From: an uncultured Actinomycetes bacterium
GTDB taxonomy: Bacteria > Actinomycetota > Thermoleophilia > UBA2241
Assembly: GCA_963755025.1 (NCBI GenBank)
Contig: CAVWIH010000036.1
Span: forward strand, 19,956 to 83,955
Direction: 5' to 3'
DNA length: 64,000 nucleotides
Program-made: the position numbers and the translations under genes
Part shown: in pieces, positions 22,903 through 32,433 of the stretch
Position numbering within the stretch: the stretch's first letter is position 1
Layout of the letters: each line of letters begins with the position of its first letter
Notes under the pieces: model-generated
The model's database searches: none
Told to the model about the DNA's origin: nothing
What the model saw: only the letters and a program-made list of their open reading frames with translations

Positions 22903-24975
22903 TTAGCTCTTCTGGGCTTCTTCGCGGGCCTTGCGGGCCTCGTCGATCACCTTCTGGGCCATGTGGGCCGGCACGTCGTCGTACCGCAGGAACTCCATGT
23001 GATAGTCGCCGCGCCCGCCGGTCATGGACGTGAGGTCGGGCGCGTAGCTCACCATCTCGGCGAGCGGCACTTCGGCGGCGATCACGCTGTTGTGGCCGCG
23101 CGGCGTGGTGCCCAGCACGCGGCCGCGCCGCGAGTTCATGTCGCCGATGATGTCGCCCACGCTTTCTTCGGGCACGGTGACCTCGACGTTCATGATGGGC
23201 TCGAGCAGCACGGGCTGGGCCTTTTCGACGGCCGCCTTGAAGCCGATCGAGCCGGCGATCTGAAAGGCCATGTCGGACGAGTCGACCGGGTGGTACTTGC
23301 CGTCGTAGAGGGTGACCTGCAGGTCGACCAGCGGGTAACCGGCGAGGAAGCCTTCGACCATGGCCGCCCGCACGCCCTTTTCGACCGCCGGGATGTAGTT
23401 GCGCGGGATGGCGCCGCCGACGATCTTGTCGACGAACTCGAAGCCTTCGCCGCTCTGCCGGGGCGAGACTTCCATCCAGGTGTCGGCGAACTGGCCGCGG
23501 CCGCCGGTCTGCTTTTTGTGCTTGCCCTCGGCCTTGGCGTTACCGCGGATGGTCTCGCGGTACGGCACGCGCGGCGGCTTGAGCTCGACGTCGGCGTTGA
23601 AGCGCCGCTTCATGCGCTCGACGGTGACCTCGACGTGCACCTGACTCATGCCCGACACGATCATCTCGCCGGTCTGGTCGTCGCGCGCCACGTGCATCAT
23701 GGGGTCTTCTTCGGCGAGCCGCCGCAGGGCGCTGATGACCTTGTCTTCGTCGCCTTTGGTCTTGGCCTTGACGGCGAACGACATGAGCGCCGCCGGGTAC
23801 TCGATGGCCGGGAACGCAGCCGCGCCGTCGGCCGACAGCGTGTCGCCGGTGACGACCTCTTTGAGCTTGGCGACCGCGCCGATGTCGCCGGCGACGAGGG
23901 CGTCGGCGGGCTTGGTCTCCTTGCCCTGCTGCTTGAGCAACGCGCCGAGGCGTTCTTTGTGGGCATCGCGGGCGTCGGTGAGGTTGGTGTCGCTCGCGAT
24001 GGTGCCCTGGAAGACGCGGAAGATGTTGATGCGCCCGGCGAACGGGTCGGCCACCGTCTTGAAGACGAAGGCCGCCGGCGGCTTGGCGGGATCGCACTGG
24101 TACTCGACCTCGGTGCCGTCGGCCGTGAAGGCGATCGCCGGCGGCGCGGCGGCCGGCGACGGCGACAGCGCCAGCAGGTCGAGCAGCAGGTCGACGCCCA
24201 GCAAGTGCGTGGCCGAACCGACCGCGACCGGGAAGATCTTGGCGTCGCGCACGGCTTCGGCGAAGCCGCGCTGCAGCTCGTCTTCGGTGAGCTGCTCTTC
24301 GAGGAGGTAGGTCTCGGTGAGCTCGTCGCTCGATTCGGCGACGACCTCGACCAGGGCGTCGCGCAGCTCCTGCGCGCGCTCGGCCAGGTCGGCCGGCACG
24401 TCGCCTTCGACGACCTTCTGGCCGTCAAGCGTGTAGGCCTTCATCTTGAGGATGTCGACGACGCCCGAGAACTCGTGCTCGGCGCCGATCGGCAGCTGCA
24501 CGGCGACGACCTCGTGGCCGAAGGCCTCGCGCAGGCCGGCGAGACAGCGGTCGAAGTCGGCGCGCTCGCGGTCGAGCATGTTGCAGAACAGGATGCGGGC
24601 GCGGCCGGCGTCGGCGGCGCGTGTCCAGAGGCGCTCGGTCTGCACCTCGACGCCCATCACCGTGTTGACCACGACGAGGGCGGTCTCGACGACGCGCAGG
24701 GTGCCGATCGTGTCGGCCTGGAAGCTCGGGTCGCCGGGCGTGTCGATGAGGTTATAGGTGAGCCCGCCGTGCTCGACGTGGGCAAGCGAGGAAGCCAGGC
24801 TGAGCTGACGGCGCTTCTCGTCGTCGTCCCAGTCGCCGACCGTGCTGCCGTCTTCGATCTTGCCCAGGCGATTGACCACACCGGCGCGAAACAGGAGCGC
24901 TTCGAGGAGGGACGTCTTGCCGGTGCCGCGGTGGCCGACGAGAGCGACGTTCCTGATCTTGCCCGGTTCGTTCAT
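22903..24975 (-). CDS. Elongation factor G paralog (EF-G2/FusA2-like)
   Basis: Full five-domain EF-G layout ([39 protein letters not shown]), located outside the str operon, with divergent G motifs. Confidence 0.9.
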   Translation of the reverse strand: MNEPGKIRNVALVGHRGTGKTSLLEALLFRAGVVNRLGKIEDGSTVGDWDDDEKRRQLSLASSLAHVEHGGLTYNLIDTPGDPSFQADTIGTLRVVETALVVVNTVMGVEVQTERLWTRAADAGRARILFCNMLDRERADFDRCLAGLREAFGHEVVAVQLPIGAEHEFSGVVDILKMKAYTLDGQKVVEGDVPADLAERAQELRDALVEVVAESSDELTETYLLEEQLTEDELQRGFAEAVRDAKIFPVAVGSATHLLGVDLLLDLLALSPSPAAAPPAIAFTADGTEVEYQCDPAKPPAAFVFKTVADPFAGRINIFRVFQGTIASDTNLTDARDAHKERLGALLKQQGKETKPADALVAGDIGAVAKLKEVVTGDTLSADGAAAFPAIEYPAALMSFAVKAKTKGDEDKVISALRRLAEEDPMMHVARDDQTGEMIVSGMSQVHVEVTVERMKRRFNADVELKPPRVPYRETIRGNAKAEGKHKKQTGGRGQFADTWMEVSPRQSGEGFEFVDKIVGGAIPRNYIPAVEKGVRAAMVEGFLAGYPLVDLQVTLYDGKYHPVDSSDMAFQIAGSIGFKAAVEKAQPVLLEPIMNVEVTVPEESVGDIIGDMNSRRGRVLGTTPRGHNSVIAAEVPLAEMVSYAPDLTSMTGGRGDYHMEFLRYDDVPAHMAQKVIDEARKAREEAQKS

Positions 24976-25262
24976 GCTGGTCTCCTCGGGTCGTTAGCGT
25001 GCAGACCGGGTCGCACAGCGCAAACGCGCGCGACGGTCGACTGTCGCGCGCGCAGAGGTTGCAGCCTCGTGGCAGCCGACTGGGCCCCCGTGTGCAGCGT
25101 ACCTCCGCGTCGAGCCGTCGTGCGTCGTGCTCAAAGTCTGTACGTCCTTTTGTGACCTGACCGCACGAACGCCCTCGACCCTGCCCGCGGCCCGCCATGG
25201 CGTGAACGACAGGGCGGTCGGGGCGCCGGCTTTGGGAGCTCGTGCCCACAAATGGGTGGAGT

Positions 25263-26441
25263 CTAGCACAAGCTCCTGCCCTTGGCGCAGGTGGCGGCCG
25301 GGCGCACGGCGTGGCGGCCGTAGCGGGCCCGCACGGCGTCGACCGCCTCGTCTAAGGCGAGGTCTTTCCAGCCGTCGTCGAAGGTGAGCTGGTAGGCGCC
25401 GCTCACGAGACCACTCAGCGTGACGCCCAGCAAACGGACGCGCCGCGGGCCGAGGTCGACGTCGGCGAGCAGGCCGGCGGCGGCGGCGTAGACGGTGCGG
25501 GTGCTCGTCGTGGGCCGCGGCAGGGTGAGGTGGCGCTCGAGCGTGTGGAAGGTGTTGTCGCGCACCTTGAGCGCCACGGTGCGCGCCGCGTAGCGCTGCT
25601 CGCGCAGCCGCGCCACGAGCTCGTCGGTCAGCGCGAGCAGGGTGGCGCGCAGGGCGAGGGGCTCGGCCGTGTCGGTGGCGAAGGTGGTCTCGTGGCTCAT
25701 GGACGAGGGCGCGGCGGCGGCGGGGCGCACGGGCGACAGGCTGCGCCCGAAGGCGAGCTGTTTGAGCGGCCGCGCGCCCCGGCCGAAGGCCGCGGCGAGG
25801 TACGGCAGGGGGACGTCTTGCAGCATGCCCACCGTGGTGAGGCCGAGGGCGTGCAGGCGCTCCTGGGTGACCGGCCCGACGCCGAAGAGCTCGCCCACGG
25901 GCAGCGCCCGCAGGCGGCCGTGGACGTCGGCGTCGTTCAGCACGCCTATGCCGGCCGGCTTGTTCAAGTTGGCGGCCAGCTTGGCGAGCAGCTTGTTGGG
26001 GGCGACGCCCAGCGTGCAGGTGAGGCCCTGCTCGTCGTAGACCAGTTCCTGGATGCGGCCGGCGATGGCGCGCGGCGGCCCGAAGAGGCGGCGGCTGCCG
26101 GCGACGTCGAGGACGGCTTCGTCGATCGACACCGGCTCGACTAAGTCGGTGAACCGCCCGAAGAGCTCGAGCAGTTCGGTATGGACGGCGGAGTAGGCCT
26201 TGAGGTCGGCCGGCAGGAACACGGCCTGGGGGCACAGCCGCCGCGCCTGGGCCACAGGCATGGCCGAATGAACGCCGCAGGCGCGTGCCTCGTAGGAGGC
26301 GGCGGCGACCACGCTACGCCGCTCGGCGCGCCCGCCCACGACCACCGGCCGGCCGCGCAACTCGGGGCGGCGCGCCTGTTCGACCGACGCGAAGAAGGCG
26401 TCCATGTCGATGTGGATGATGGCGGGAGCCTCTACGAACAT
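25263..26441 (-). CDS. dinB: DNA polymerase IV (Y family)
   Basis: HIDMDAFFASVE, ASYEAR, SIDEA, NKLLAKLA..LNKP.G, little-finger domain. Confidence 0.95.
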   Translation of the reverse strand: MFVEAPAIIHIDMDAFFASVEQARRPELRGRPVVVGGRAERRSVVAAASYEARACGVHSAMPVAQARRLCPQAVFLPADLKAYSAVHTELLELFGRFTDLVEPVSIDEAVLDVAGSRRLFGPPRAIAGRIQELVYDEQGLTCTLGVAPNKLLAKLAANLNKPAGIGVLNDADVHGRLRALPVGELFGVGPVTQERLHALGLTTVGMLQDVPLPYLAAAFGRGARPLKQLAFGRSLSPVRPAAAAPSSMSHETTFATDTAEPLALRATLLALTDELVARLREQRYAARTVALKVRDNTFHTLERHLTLPRPTTSTRTVYAAAAGLLADVDLGPRRVRLLGVTLSGLVSGAYQLTFDDGWKDLALDEAVDAVRARYGRHAVRPAATCAKGRSLC

Positions 26442-26456
26442 ACGTTCGTAAGTATA
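26433..26456 (-). promoter_or_regulatory. LexA (SOS) box overlapping the dinB start, next to a -10 TATACT
   Basis: TACGAAC-ATAC-GTTCGTA (26433-26450) matches the Gram-positive CGAAC-N4-GTTCG box; -10 at 26456-26451. Confidence 0.85.
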
Positions 26457-26485
26457 CCCGCTTTCGCGGACGCCACCCCCTAAAA

Positions 26486-27627
26486 TGTCCTATCCCCGAG
26501 TAGTACCGACACTCGGAGCTTTCTTGCTTCTCTTGTCTCACTGAGGTGGGGCGGCGCATCCTTTCTGCAAGGAACTGCCAGGTTCTCGCAGAAGGAGCGC
26601 CGCCCCATGACCAATGATGATGTCCTTTTCGCCTACCGTCTACGTGTGCTTGCCAGCGCCCGGGAGCTGGGATCGGTGGCCGCGGCCTGCCGCATGCACG
26701 GCATCCACCGCTCGACCTTCTACCGCTGGAAGGGCGCCGTCGACCGCTTCGGGCTGGAGATCCTGCGACCGCGCGAACGCCGCCGCCCGCAGATGCCCAA
26801 CGCCATCCCGGTCTTAGTCGAGCAGCGCATCGTCGCCTTCGCCCTGGGCTACCCGGGCTACGGACCGGCCCGAATCGCCTCCGAGCTGGCGCGCGCCAAG
26901 CACGGCGGCTTTACGGTCTCGCCCAACGGCGTGTGGCGCGTGCTGCGCCGCCATGGCCTGCACACCCGCGCCCTGCGCAACGCCCTGCTGGCCGGTTATG
27001 CGGCGCCGCCCGCACCGGCCCGCGAGCCCGCCCCGGAGCGCCACATCGCAGTCGACCACCCCGGCGAGCTCGTGCAGATGGACTGCTTTTGCATCGGGCG
27101 CCTGGCCGGCACCAAGGGCGTGGTGTGGCAGTACAGCGCGATCGACGCAGCCTCCTCTTTCACCTGGGCCGAGCTGCACACGACACCCAGAAACCCCGAC
27201 GTGCGCTTCTGCTCGCACCCGGCGCACCGCGTGGCCGGCGATCTGCGCAACGCCGGCTGGCGCCTGGAGCGCGTGAGCACCGACAACGGCTCGGAGTTTC
27301 GCAACCACGCCTTCGACGCCACCCTCGAGCGCCTCGGAGCCGGCCACACGCTGATCAGCCCGGGGCGCCCGCAGTCGAACGGCTTCGTGGAACGTGTGCA
27401 GCGCACCATCTTGGAGGAGTGCTGGAAGCCCTCCTTCGCGCGCTACCTGGTGCCCAAGTACATGGGGCTGCGCCGCGAGCTTGAGCGCTACCTCGAGCTC
27501 TACAACTACGACCGCACGCACAACGGGCGCCTGACTCGTGATCGGACGCCCGCTGAGGTGTTCGGTGCCGCTAAGATGTTCGAGTAGTGGCAGACGGGAT
27601 GCGTCGCTACATCTTGGGGTCAGTACA
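26486..27627 (+). mobile_element. IS481-family insertion sequence
   Basis: TGT...ACA ends; imperfect terminal IRs (TGTCCTATCCCCGAGTAGTACCGAC vs TGTACTGACCCCAAGATGTAGCGAC); flanks ccctaaaa/cgctaaaa match at 7 of 8. Confidence 0.88.
26607..27587 (+). CDS. IS481-family DDE transposase
   Basis: N-terminal HTH (ACRMHGIHRSTFYRW), PGELVQMD, TDNGSEF, PQSNGFVER, YN..R.H. Confidence 0.93.
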   Translation: MTNDDVLFAYRLRVLASARELGSVAAACRMHGIHRSTFYRWKGAVDRFGLEILRPRERRRPQMPNAIPVLVEQRIVAFALGYPGYGPARIASELARAKHGGFTVSPNGVWRVLRRHGLHTRALRNALLAGYAAPPAPAREPAPERHIAVDHPGELVQMDCFCIGRLAGTKGVVWQYSAIDAASSFTWAELHTTPRNPDVRFCSHPAHRVAGDLRNAGWRLERVSTDNGSEFRNHAFDATLERLGAGHTLISPGRPQSNGFVERVQRTILEECWKPSFARYLVPKYMGLRRELERYLELYNYDRTHNGRLTRDRTPAEVFGAAKMFE

Positions 27628-27631
27628 CGCT

Positions 27632-27683
27632 AAAAGAGAGGGGCGCGGCGGCGGCTTGCAAAGCCGCCGCCGCGCCCCTCTCT
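27632..27683 (-). terminator. Intrinsic terminator of the CAP-domain gene
   Basis: Perfect 23-bp stem (27635-27683), 3-nt loop, T-run on the minus strand. Confidence 0.8.
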
Positions 27684-27724
27684 GACACGAGAAGCCGTCG
27701 GGCGCGTAGGGCGCCCCGCGCGGG

Positions 27725-28240
27725 CTACTTCACCCGGCGGCCGAAGTCGACCGTGAACATGGACACCCCGGTAAGGCCGCGCAGCGTGCCCTTGAAGCGC
27801 CCCACCCCGATGTCGCGAAAGCTGCGCTGCAGGATGACGGCCCGATGCACGGGACTCTTCATCCACTGCCGAAAGACGCGCGCCACCGCCTTGGCGCCGC
27901 GACCATAACCGATGATCTCGCCGACCCTCCAGCTGGTGCAGCCCCCAGTCGAGTACCCGAACGCCCGCAGCCTGTTGGCATACGAGGCCCCGCCGTAGGA
28001 CAGGTGGGAGAAGTAGCCCCGCCTGAGCATGTCGCGGGAGTGCGCGCGCGAGCCGCGTTCGAGCGAGGCGACGACGCGCACGGCGTGCCGTCCGCGCGTC
28101 GTGCGGGCGTGGTTGATGAGGGCCAGCACGGCTTTTTCGGGGGCGGTCAGGTGGATGGCGGCAGCGGCGGGCGGCGCTGTCGCGGCGGCCCAGCCCCCCA
28201 CTGCCACGAGCACGCAGCAGACGAGGATGATCGACTTCAT
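27725..28240 (-). CDS. Secreted CAP/SCP-domain protein
   Basis: Signal peptide; LINHAR, AHSRDM..GYFSH, GEII, WMKSPVHRAVIL, IGVG. Confidence 0.9.
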   Translation of the reverse strand: MKSIILVCCVLVAVGGWAAATAPPAAAAIHLTAPEKAVLALINHARTTRGRHAVRVVASLERGSRAHSRDMLRRGYFSHLSYGGASYANRLRAFGYSTGGCTSWRVGEIIGYGRGAKAVARVFRQWMKSPVHRAVILQRSFRDIGVGRFKGTLRGLTGVSMFTVDFGRRVK

Positions 28241-28303
28241 GGTCACTCCCTCCCGTCGTCTCGACTTGGGCGACGGTGACCAGTTCGCCGGGCGTCCCCG
28301 GAA

Positions 28304-28828
28304 TCATCCTCGCGAAACGGCTGTCGCGGCGGCGGCGGCCAGTCCGCTACGTCTCAAGGGCGCCGATGCCTTCGTCGTCGCCGCTCGGGCGTGCGTGACT
28401 TCTTCGCGCGCCTGGGCCGCCGATCGACTTCGTCGTCGCCGCTCAGGCGTGCGTGACTTCTTCGCGCGCCAGTCGGCGGTATCGGGGTCGTCTGCCGCGA
28501 TGGGCACCCGGGGGACGTCGCGCCAGAGCGCTTCGAGGCGGTAGAAGTCGCGCGCGGCGGGCGTGAAGACGTGCACGACGAGGTCGAGGTAGTCGAGCAG
28601 GATCCATTCGGCTTCGCGCTCGCCCGCGGCGTGGGCGACGCGCACGCCCTGGGCGCGCAGCCCTTCGTTCACGGCGTCGGCGATGGCCTTGGCCTGACGG
28701 GTGCTGCCGCCGCTCAAGATGACGAAGTAGTCGGTGTAGCCGACGGCTTCGGCCATGTCGAGGACGACAGGATCGTGGGCTTTCTTGTCGGCGGCGAGTC
28801 GCACGGCCATGCGCACCAGGTCCAGCAC
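28304..28828 (-). CDS. rsfS: Ribosome silencing factor RsfS (true stop may lie near 28470)
   Basis: DKKA.D.VVLD, DYFVI.SG.STRQ, WILLDYLDLVVHVF, FYRLEALW. Confidence 0.92.
   Translation of the reverse strand: MLDLVRMAVRLAADKKAHDPVVLDMAEAVGYTDYFVILSGGSTRQAKAIADAVNEGLRAQGVRVAHAAGEREAEWILLDYLDLVVHVFTPAARDFYRLEALWRDVPRVPIAADDPDTADWRAKKSRTPERRRRSRSAAQAREEVTHARAATTKASAPLRRSGLAAAAATAVSRG
28361..28473. repeat. Two tandem copies of a ~57-bp unit (same family as 43461-43578)
   Basis: ccgccgatcgacttcgtcgtcgccgctcaggcgtgcgtgacttcttcgcgcgcc plus a diverged upstream copy. Confidence 0.85.
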
Positions 28829-28851
28829 TCGCTCGTTCTGCTCGCTCGCGG

Positions 28852-30006
28852 CTACTGCAGATCCTTTGCCTTGAGGTCTTTGCCGACGATGACGACCACG
28901 GTCGTATCGGGCAGCCCGCTGCCCGTGAGGACAACGCCGCCGCCGAGTATACCACGCACCTGATTGGCCAGGCCGAAGGCCTTGGCGCCGGCCAGGATCT
29001 GCGTGTCGGCGTAGTTGAACGACGCGGCGTTGGTCACCGCCGGCAGGTTGACGTTGAGGCCGGCGAGCCTGGTCACGACGAGCGCGCCCACGCCCAGGGC
29101 GCCGGAGCCGTTCTCGACCACGACCGTGTAGGGAGCGTGGAAGAAGCGGGCGTTGCGGGTGATCTGTGCCGTGATGGCGGTCGGGTCGGGGCGCCAGGCG
29201 AACTGTCCGTCGGCGACCTGGCCGGCCGAGGGCAGGCGGGTCACGGTCACGCGGCCCGAGGTGAGCGTCTCAAGCAGGTCGCGGGCGTCGACCACGGCGA
29301 GCCCCGGCTGGTGCGCCGCCAGCGTCGTGATCTGGGCCTTCTGGCGAGCCGCGGGCACCGCCGCGGCGCCGGCCAGGGCGGCCGCGAGAACGTCGTCCTG
29401 AGCCGTGGCCTGGTCGGTCTGGCCCTTGCCGGCGGCCGAGAGGACGGTCGCCAGCTGTCCGGCCGGCAGCGAGAAGCGCCCGTTGAAGAGGCGGATGGCG
29501 CCGTTCATCTGCAGGCTGAAGGGAGCCGCCGCGCTGACCAGCAGGTCGCTGCCGCCGGCGAGGCGGCCGAGGTCGGCGTAGGTCAGGTCGAGCCTGTAGC
29601 TGATGGGCGCGTGCGCGAGGCGTTCGAGGTAGGGCTTGAGCTGGCCTTCGGCGGCGACGTCGCCGGCCATCACGTACTCGCCGGCGGCGTTGGTGAGCAA
29701 CAGGTCGGGCGGGATCGTGTACAGGGTGGTCGTGGCGAGGCTCTCGCTGTGCACGAGCAAGGCCGCCGTGGGCTGCGTACCGGCGCCCCCGTGGATGGTG
29801 ACCAGCGCCAGATAGCCGGCGCTGCCCGGCAGCACGTGGTGGTGGCGCAGGCTGTGCGCGAGGTGCACGGCGCCCAGCACGGCGCCGAACGCGACCGCGG
29901 CGGCGAGGGCGTAGAGCGCGATGTTCTGCAACGCGCCCCAGCGCCGGTTGCGGCGGGCCGCGAGACGGCGGGCGCGGTAGCCTTCGGTCTTACGACTGCG
30001 TGCCAC
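28852..30006 (-). CDS. Membrane-anchored LCP-like protein with LytR C-terminal domain
   Basis: N-terminal TM; C-terminal VVVENGSG..G, NA.SFNY..TQI, VVVIVGKD; position between nadD/yqeK and rsfS. Confidence 0.75.
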   Translation of the reverse strand: MARSRKTEGYRARRLAARRNRRWGALQNIALYALAAAVAFGAVLGAVHLAHSLRHHHVLPGSAGYLALVTIHGGAGTQPTAALLVHSESLATTTLYTIPPDLLLTNAAGEYVMAGDVAAEGQLKPYLERLAHAPISYRLDLTYADLGRLAGGSDLLVSAAAPFSLQMNGAIRLFNGRFSLPAGQLATVLSAAGKGQTDQATAQDDVLAAALAGAAAVPAARQKAQITTLAAHQPGLAVVDARDLLETLTSGRVTVTRLPSAGQVADGQFAWRPDPTAITAQITRNARFFHAPYTVVVENGSGALGVGALVVTRLAGLNVNLPAVTNAASFNYADTQILAGAKAFGLANQVRGILGGGVVLTGSGLPDTTVVVIVGKDLKAKDLQ

Positions 30007-31168
30007 GTTTCTCCTTGTAGAGCGCCAGCATGAGCGGGTGCGGCTCGCGGCCGCGCGCCCGCAGTCGTTCGATGTCGCGTGTCACAAGCGTGAGCACGGC
30101 GGCGTCGAGCGACTCCATGGCCTCGTCGCGCACCTCGTCGACGCCCTTCCAGGTGCGGCCCTGGGCGGTGGCGTCGGCCACGAACAGGCAGGCGTCGAGC
30201 ACGGTCATGCGCGGTCCGCCCAGCGTGTGGCGGCGGATGGCTTCGGCGATCGGCGCGGCGAACCCTGCTTCGGCGACCTCGGCGGCCGCGACGCGTGCGT
30301 GCAACAACTGCACCGGGTACTCCTCCTCGATCGGCTCGATCGTCAGTCCGTGTCGCTGCGCCTGGCGCAGCACCTCGTCGGCGCCGAGCTCGCGGCACAG
30401 GTCGTGCAGCAGACCGGCGACGGCGGCGTCGTCGGGCGCCGCGCCCCAGCGCCGGGCGAGGCGCTCCGCTTGCAGCGAGGTCGCCCTGCAATGTGCTTCG
30501 AGCTCGGCCGACAGGCCGCGTTGTCTGAGCAATCGTTCGGCACGTTGGCGCTCGCCCATGAGCGATTCGCCTGGCGCGTAGAGCCCCTCTTCGCCGATGA
30601 AGCGCTCGACCGCGGGCGGCACCAGGTAGCGGATCGGCCGACCGGCGCGCACGCGCTCGCGCACCATGCTCGACGAGACGCCGATCGCGACGCTGGGCAT
30701 GACGGTGACCCTGCCCGCTCCCCACCTCGCCGCCTCGCGCGCCACGGCGGCGAGGTCGTCGCCGGGGCGCGGCGCCACCACCAGGTGCGCCAGCGCGACG
30801 ATCGCGTCGGGTTCGTGCCAGGTGGCGAACGACAGCAGGGTGTCCGACCCGGCGATGAAGGCAAGCTGCCTGTCCGGATAGAGGCGCCGAAACTCGGCCA
30901 GCGTGTCGCTCGTGAAGCGCAGACCCAGGTCGATCTCGGCGGAGGAGACGCTGAAGCGGTCGTCGCCCTCGACGGCCAGGCGGGTCATGTCGAGGCGCGC
31001 GGCGGCCGGCACGTCGTCGGCGATGTCCTTGTGCGGCGGGGCGCCGGCCGGCACGAAGACGACCCGCTCGAGGCCGAGCTGGGCGCAGGCGTCGGAGGCG
31101 ATGGCGAGGTGGCCGACGTGGGGCGGGTTGAAGCTGCCGCCCAGCACGCCGACGGGTCGCGGATCCAC
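29990..31168 (-). CDS. nadD: Nicotinate-nucleotide adenylyltransferase fused in frame to a YqeK-type HD-domain hydrolase
   Basis: GGSFNPPHVGH, PPHK, G.D, SSS.VR, then AGLLHD, LLHA, RRHT.G, FVAD. Confidence 0.88.
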   Translation of the reverse strand: MDPRPVGVLGGSFNPPHVGHLAIASDACAQLGLERVVFVPAGAPPHKDIADDVPAAARLDMTRLAVEGDDRFSVSSAEIDLGLRFTSDTLAEFRRLYPDRQLAFIAGSDTLLSFATWHEPDAIVALAHLVVAPRPGDDLAAVAREAARWGAGRVTVMPSVAIGVSSSMVRERVRAGRPIRYLVPPAVERFIGEEGLYAPGESLMGERQRAERLLRQRGLSAELEAHCRATSLQAERLARRWGAAPDDAAVAGLLHDLCRELGADEVLRQAQRHGLTIEPIEEEYPVQLLHARVAAAEVAEAGFAAPIAEAIRRHTLGGPRMTVLDACLFVADATAQGRTWKGVDEVRDEAMESLDAAVLTLVTRDIERLRARGREPHPLMLALYKEKRGTQS

Positions 31169-31182
31169 CGGCCGGCCGCCGC

Positions 31183-32433
31183 TCAGGTGCGCACCTGTCC
31201 GTCACCCCAGGCGACGTACTTCAGGCAGGTGAGCTCGCGCAACGAGATCGGTCCGCGCACGTGGAGCTTTTGCGTGGAGATGCCCATCTCGGCGCCCAGG
31301 CCGAACTGCCCGCCGTCGGTGAAGCGCGTCGAGGCGTTCACGTAGACGGCGGCGGCGTCGACCTCGCGGGTGAAGCGCGTGGCGGCCGACGAGGTCGGCG
31401 GTGACGATCGCCTCGGAGTGGCCGCTGCCGAACGTGGCGATGTGGTCGATGGCCTCGTCGAGCGACTCGACCACGCGTACCGCCATCTTGAGGTCGAGGA
31501 ACTCGGTCTCGTAGTGCGTGCGGTTGGCGCGCTTGAGGGGCTGGTCGGGCACGAGCTCGGCCGTGGGCCGGTCGACGACCAGCTCGACGCCGCGCCGCGT
31601 GAGCTCGGCCACCACGACGCGGCAGGAACGCGCGCGGCGACGTCGCGGTGCACGAGCAGGGTCTCGGCCGCGTTGCACACGCCGGGCCGCTGGCACTTGG
31701 CGTTGACCGTGATCGCGAGCGCCATGTCGAGGTCGGCGGCGGCGTCGACGTAGACGTGGCAGTTGCCGCCGGCGGCGGCGATCACCGGCACCCTGCTGTG
31801 CTCGGCGAGCAGCTCCTTGAGCTCCTCGCCGCCGCGCGGGATGACGACGTCGATCAGGCCCTTGAGGGCGACGAGCTCGAGCAGCGCCTCGCGCGGCCCG
31901 GCGATGAAGGTGACCGCCTCGGCCGGCAAGCCCGCCTCGAGCACCGCGCCCTGCACGACCTCGGCCAGCATGCGGTTGGAGTGCTTCGCCGCGCTGCCGC
32001 CGCGCAGCACGACGGCGTTGCCCGACTTCAGGCAGATCCCGGCGGCGTCGACGGTCACGTTGGGGCGCGCCTCGTATACGACGGCGACCACGCCGAGCGG
32101 CACGCGCACGCGGGTGAGCTCGATGCCGTTGGGCAGCCGGCGGCCGTCTTCGATCTCGCCGACGGGGTCGGGCAGCGCGGCGAGCTCGCGGATGCTCGTG
32201 GCGGTCTCCTTGAGCCTGTCCTCGTCTAAGTAAAGGCGGTCGACCAGCGCGGCGCTCAGCTTGTTGGCCCGGGCGAGTGCCACGTCTTCGGCGTTCTCGG
32301 CGAGGATCTCGCCGGCGCGGCGGCGCAGGGCCTCGGCGATGAGCTCGAGGGCCTCGTCTTTGCGAGCCCGCGACAGCGAAGCCAGCAGGCGCGAAGCCGT
32401 GCGAGCCTTGCGGACCTGTTCTTCGATCGTCAC
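31183..32433 (-). CDS. proA: Gamma-glutamyl phosphate reductase (compensating indels ~31390-31630)
   Basis: [54 protein letters not shown]. Confidence 0.95.
   Translation of the reverse strand: MTIEEQVRKARTASRLLASLSRARKDEALELIAEALRRRAGEILAENAEDVALARANKLSAALVDRLYLDEDRLKETATSIRELAALPDPVGEIEDGRRLPNGIELTRVRVPLGVVAVVYEARPNVTVDAAGICLKSGNAVVLRGGSAAKHSNRMLAEVVQGAVLEAGLPAEAVTFIAGPREALLELVALKGLIDVVIPRGGEELKELLAEHSRVPVIAAAGGNCHVYVDAAADLDMALAITVNAKCQRPGVCNAAETLLVHRDVAARVPAASWWPSSRGAASSWSSTGPRPSSCPTSPSSAPTARTTRPSSSTSRWRYAWSSRSTRPSTTSPRSAAATPRRSSPPTSSAATRFTREVDAAAVYVNASTRFTDGGQFGLGAEMGISTQKLHVRGPISLRELTCLKYVAWGDGQVRT

Noticed and set aside
22843-25155. Long plus-strand ORFs antisense to genes (e.g. 770 aa here, 748 aa at 51871-54117, 626 aa at 9104-10984)
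   Set aside because: Shadow ORFs typical of high-GC codon bias, with no recognisable motifs and full overlap with clear minus-strand genes.
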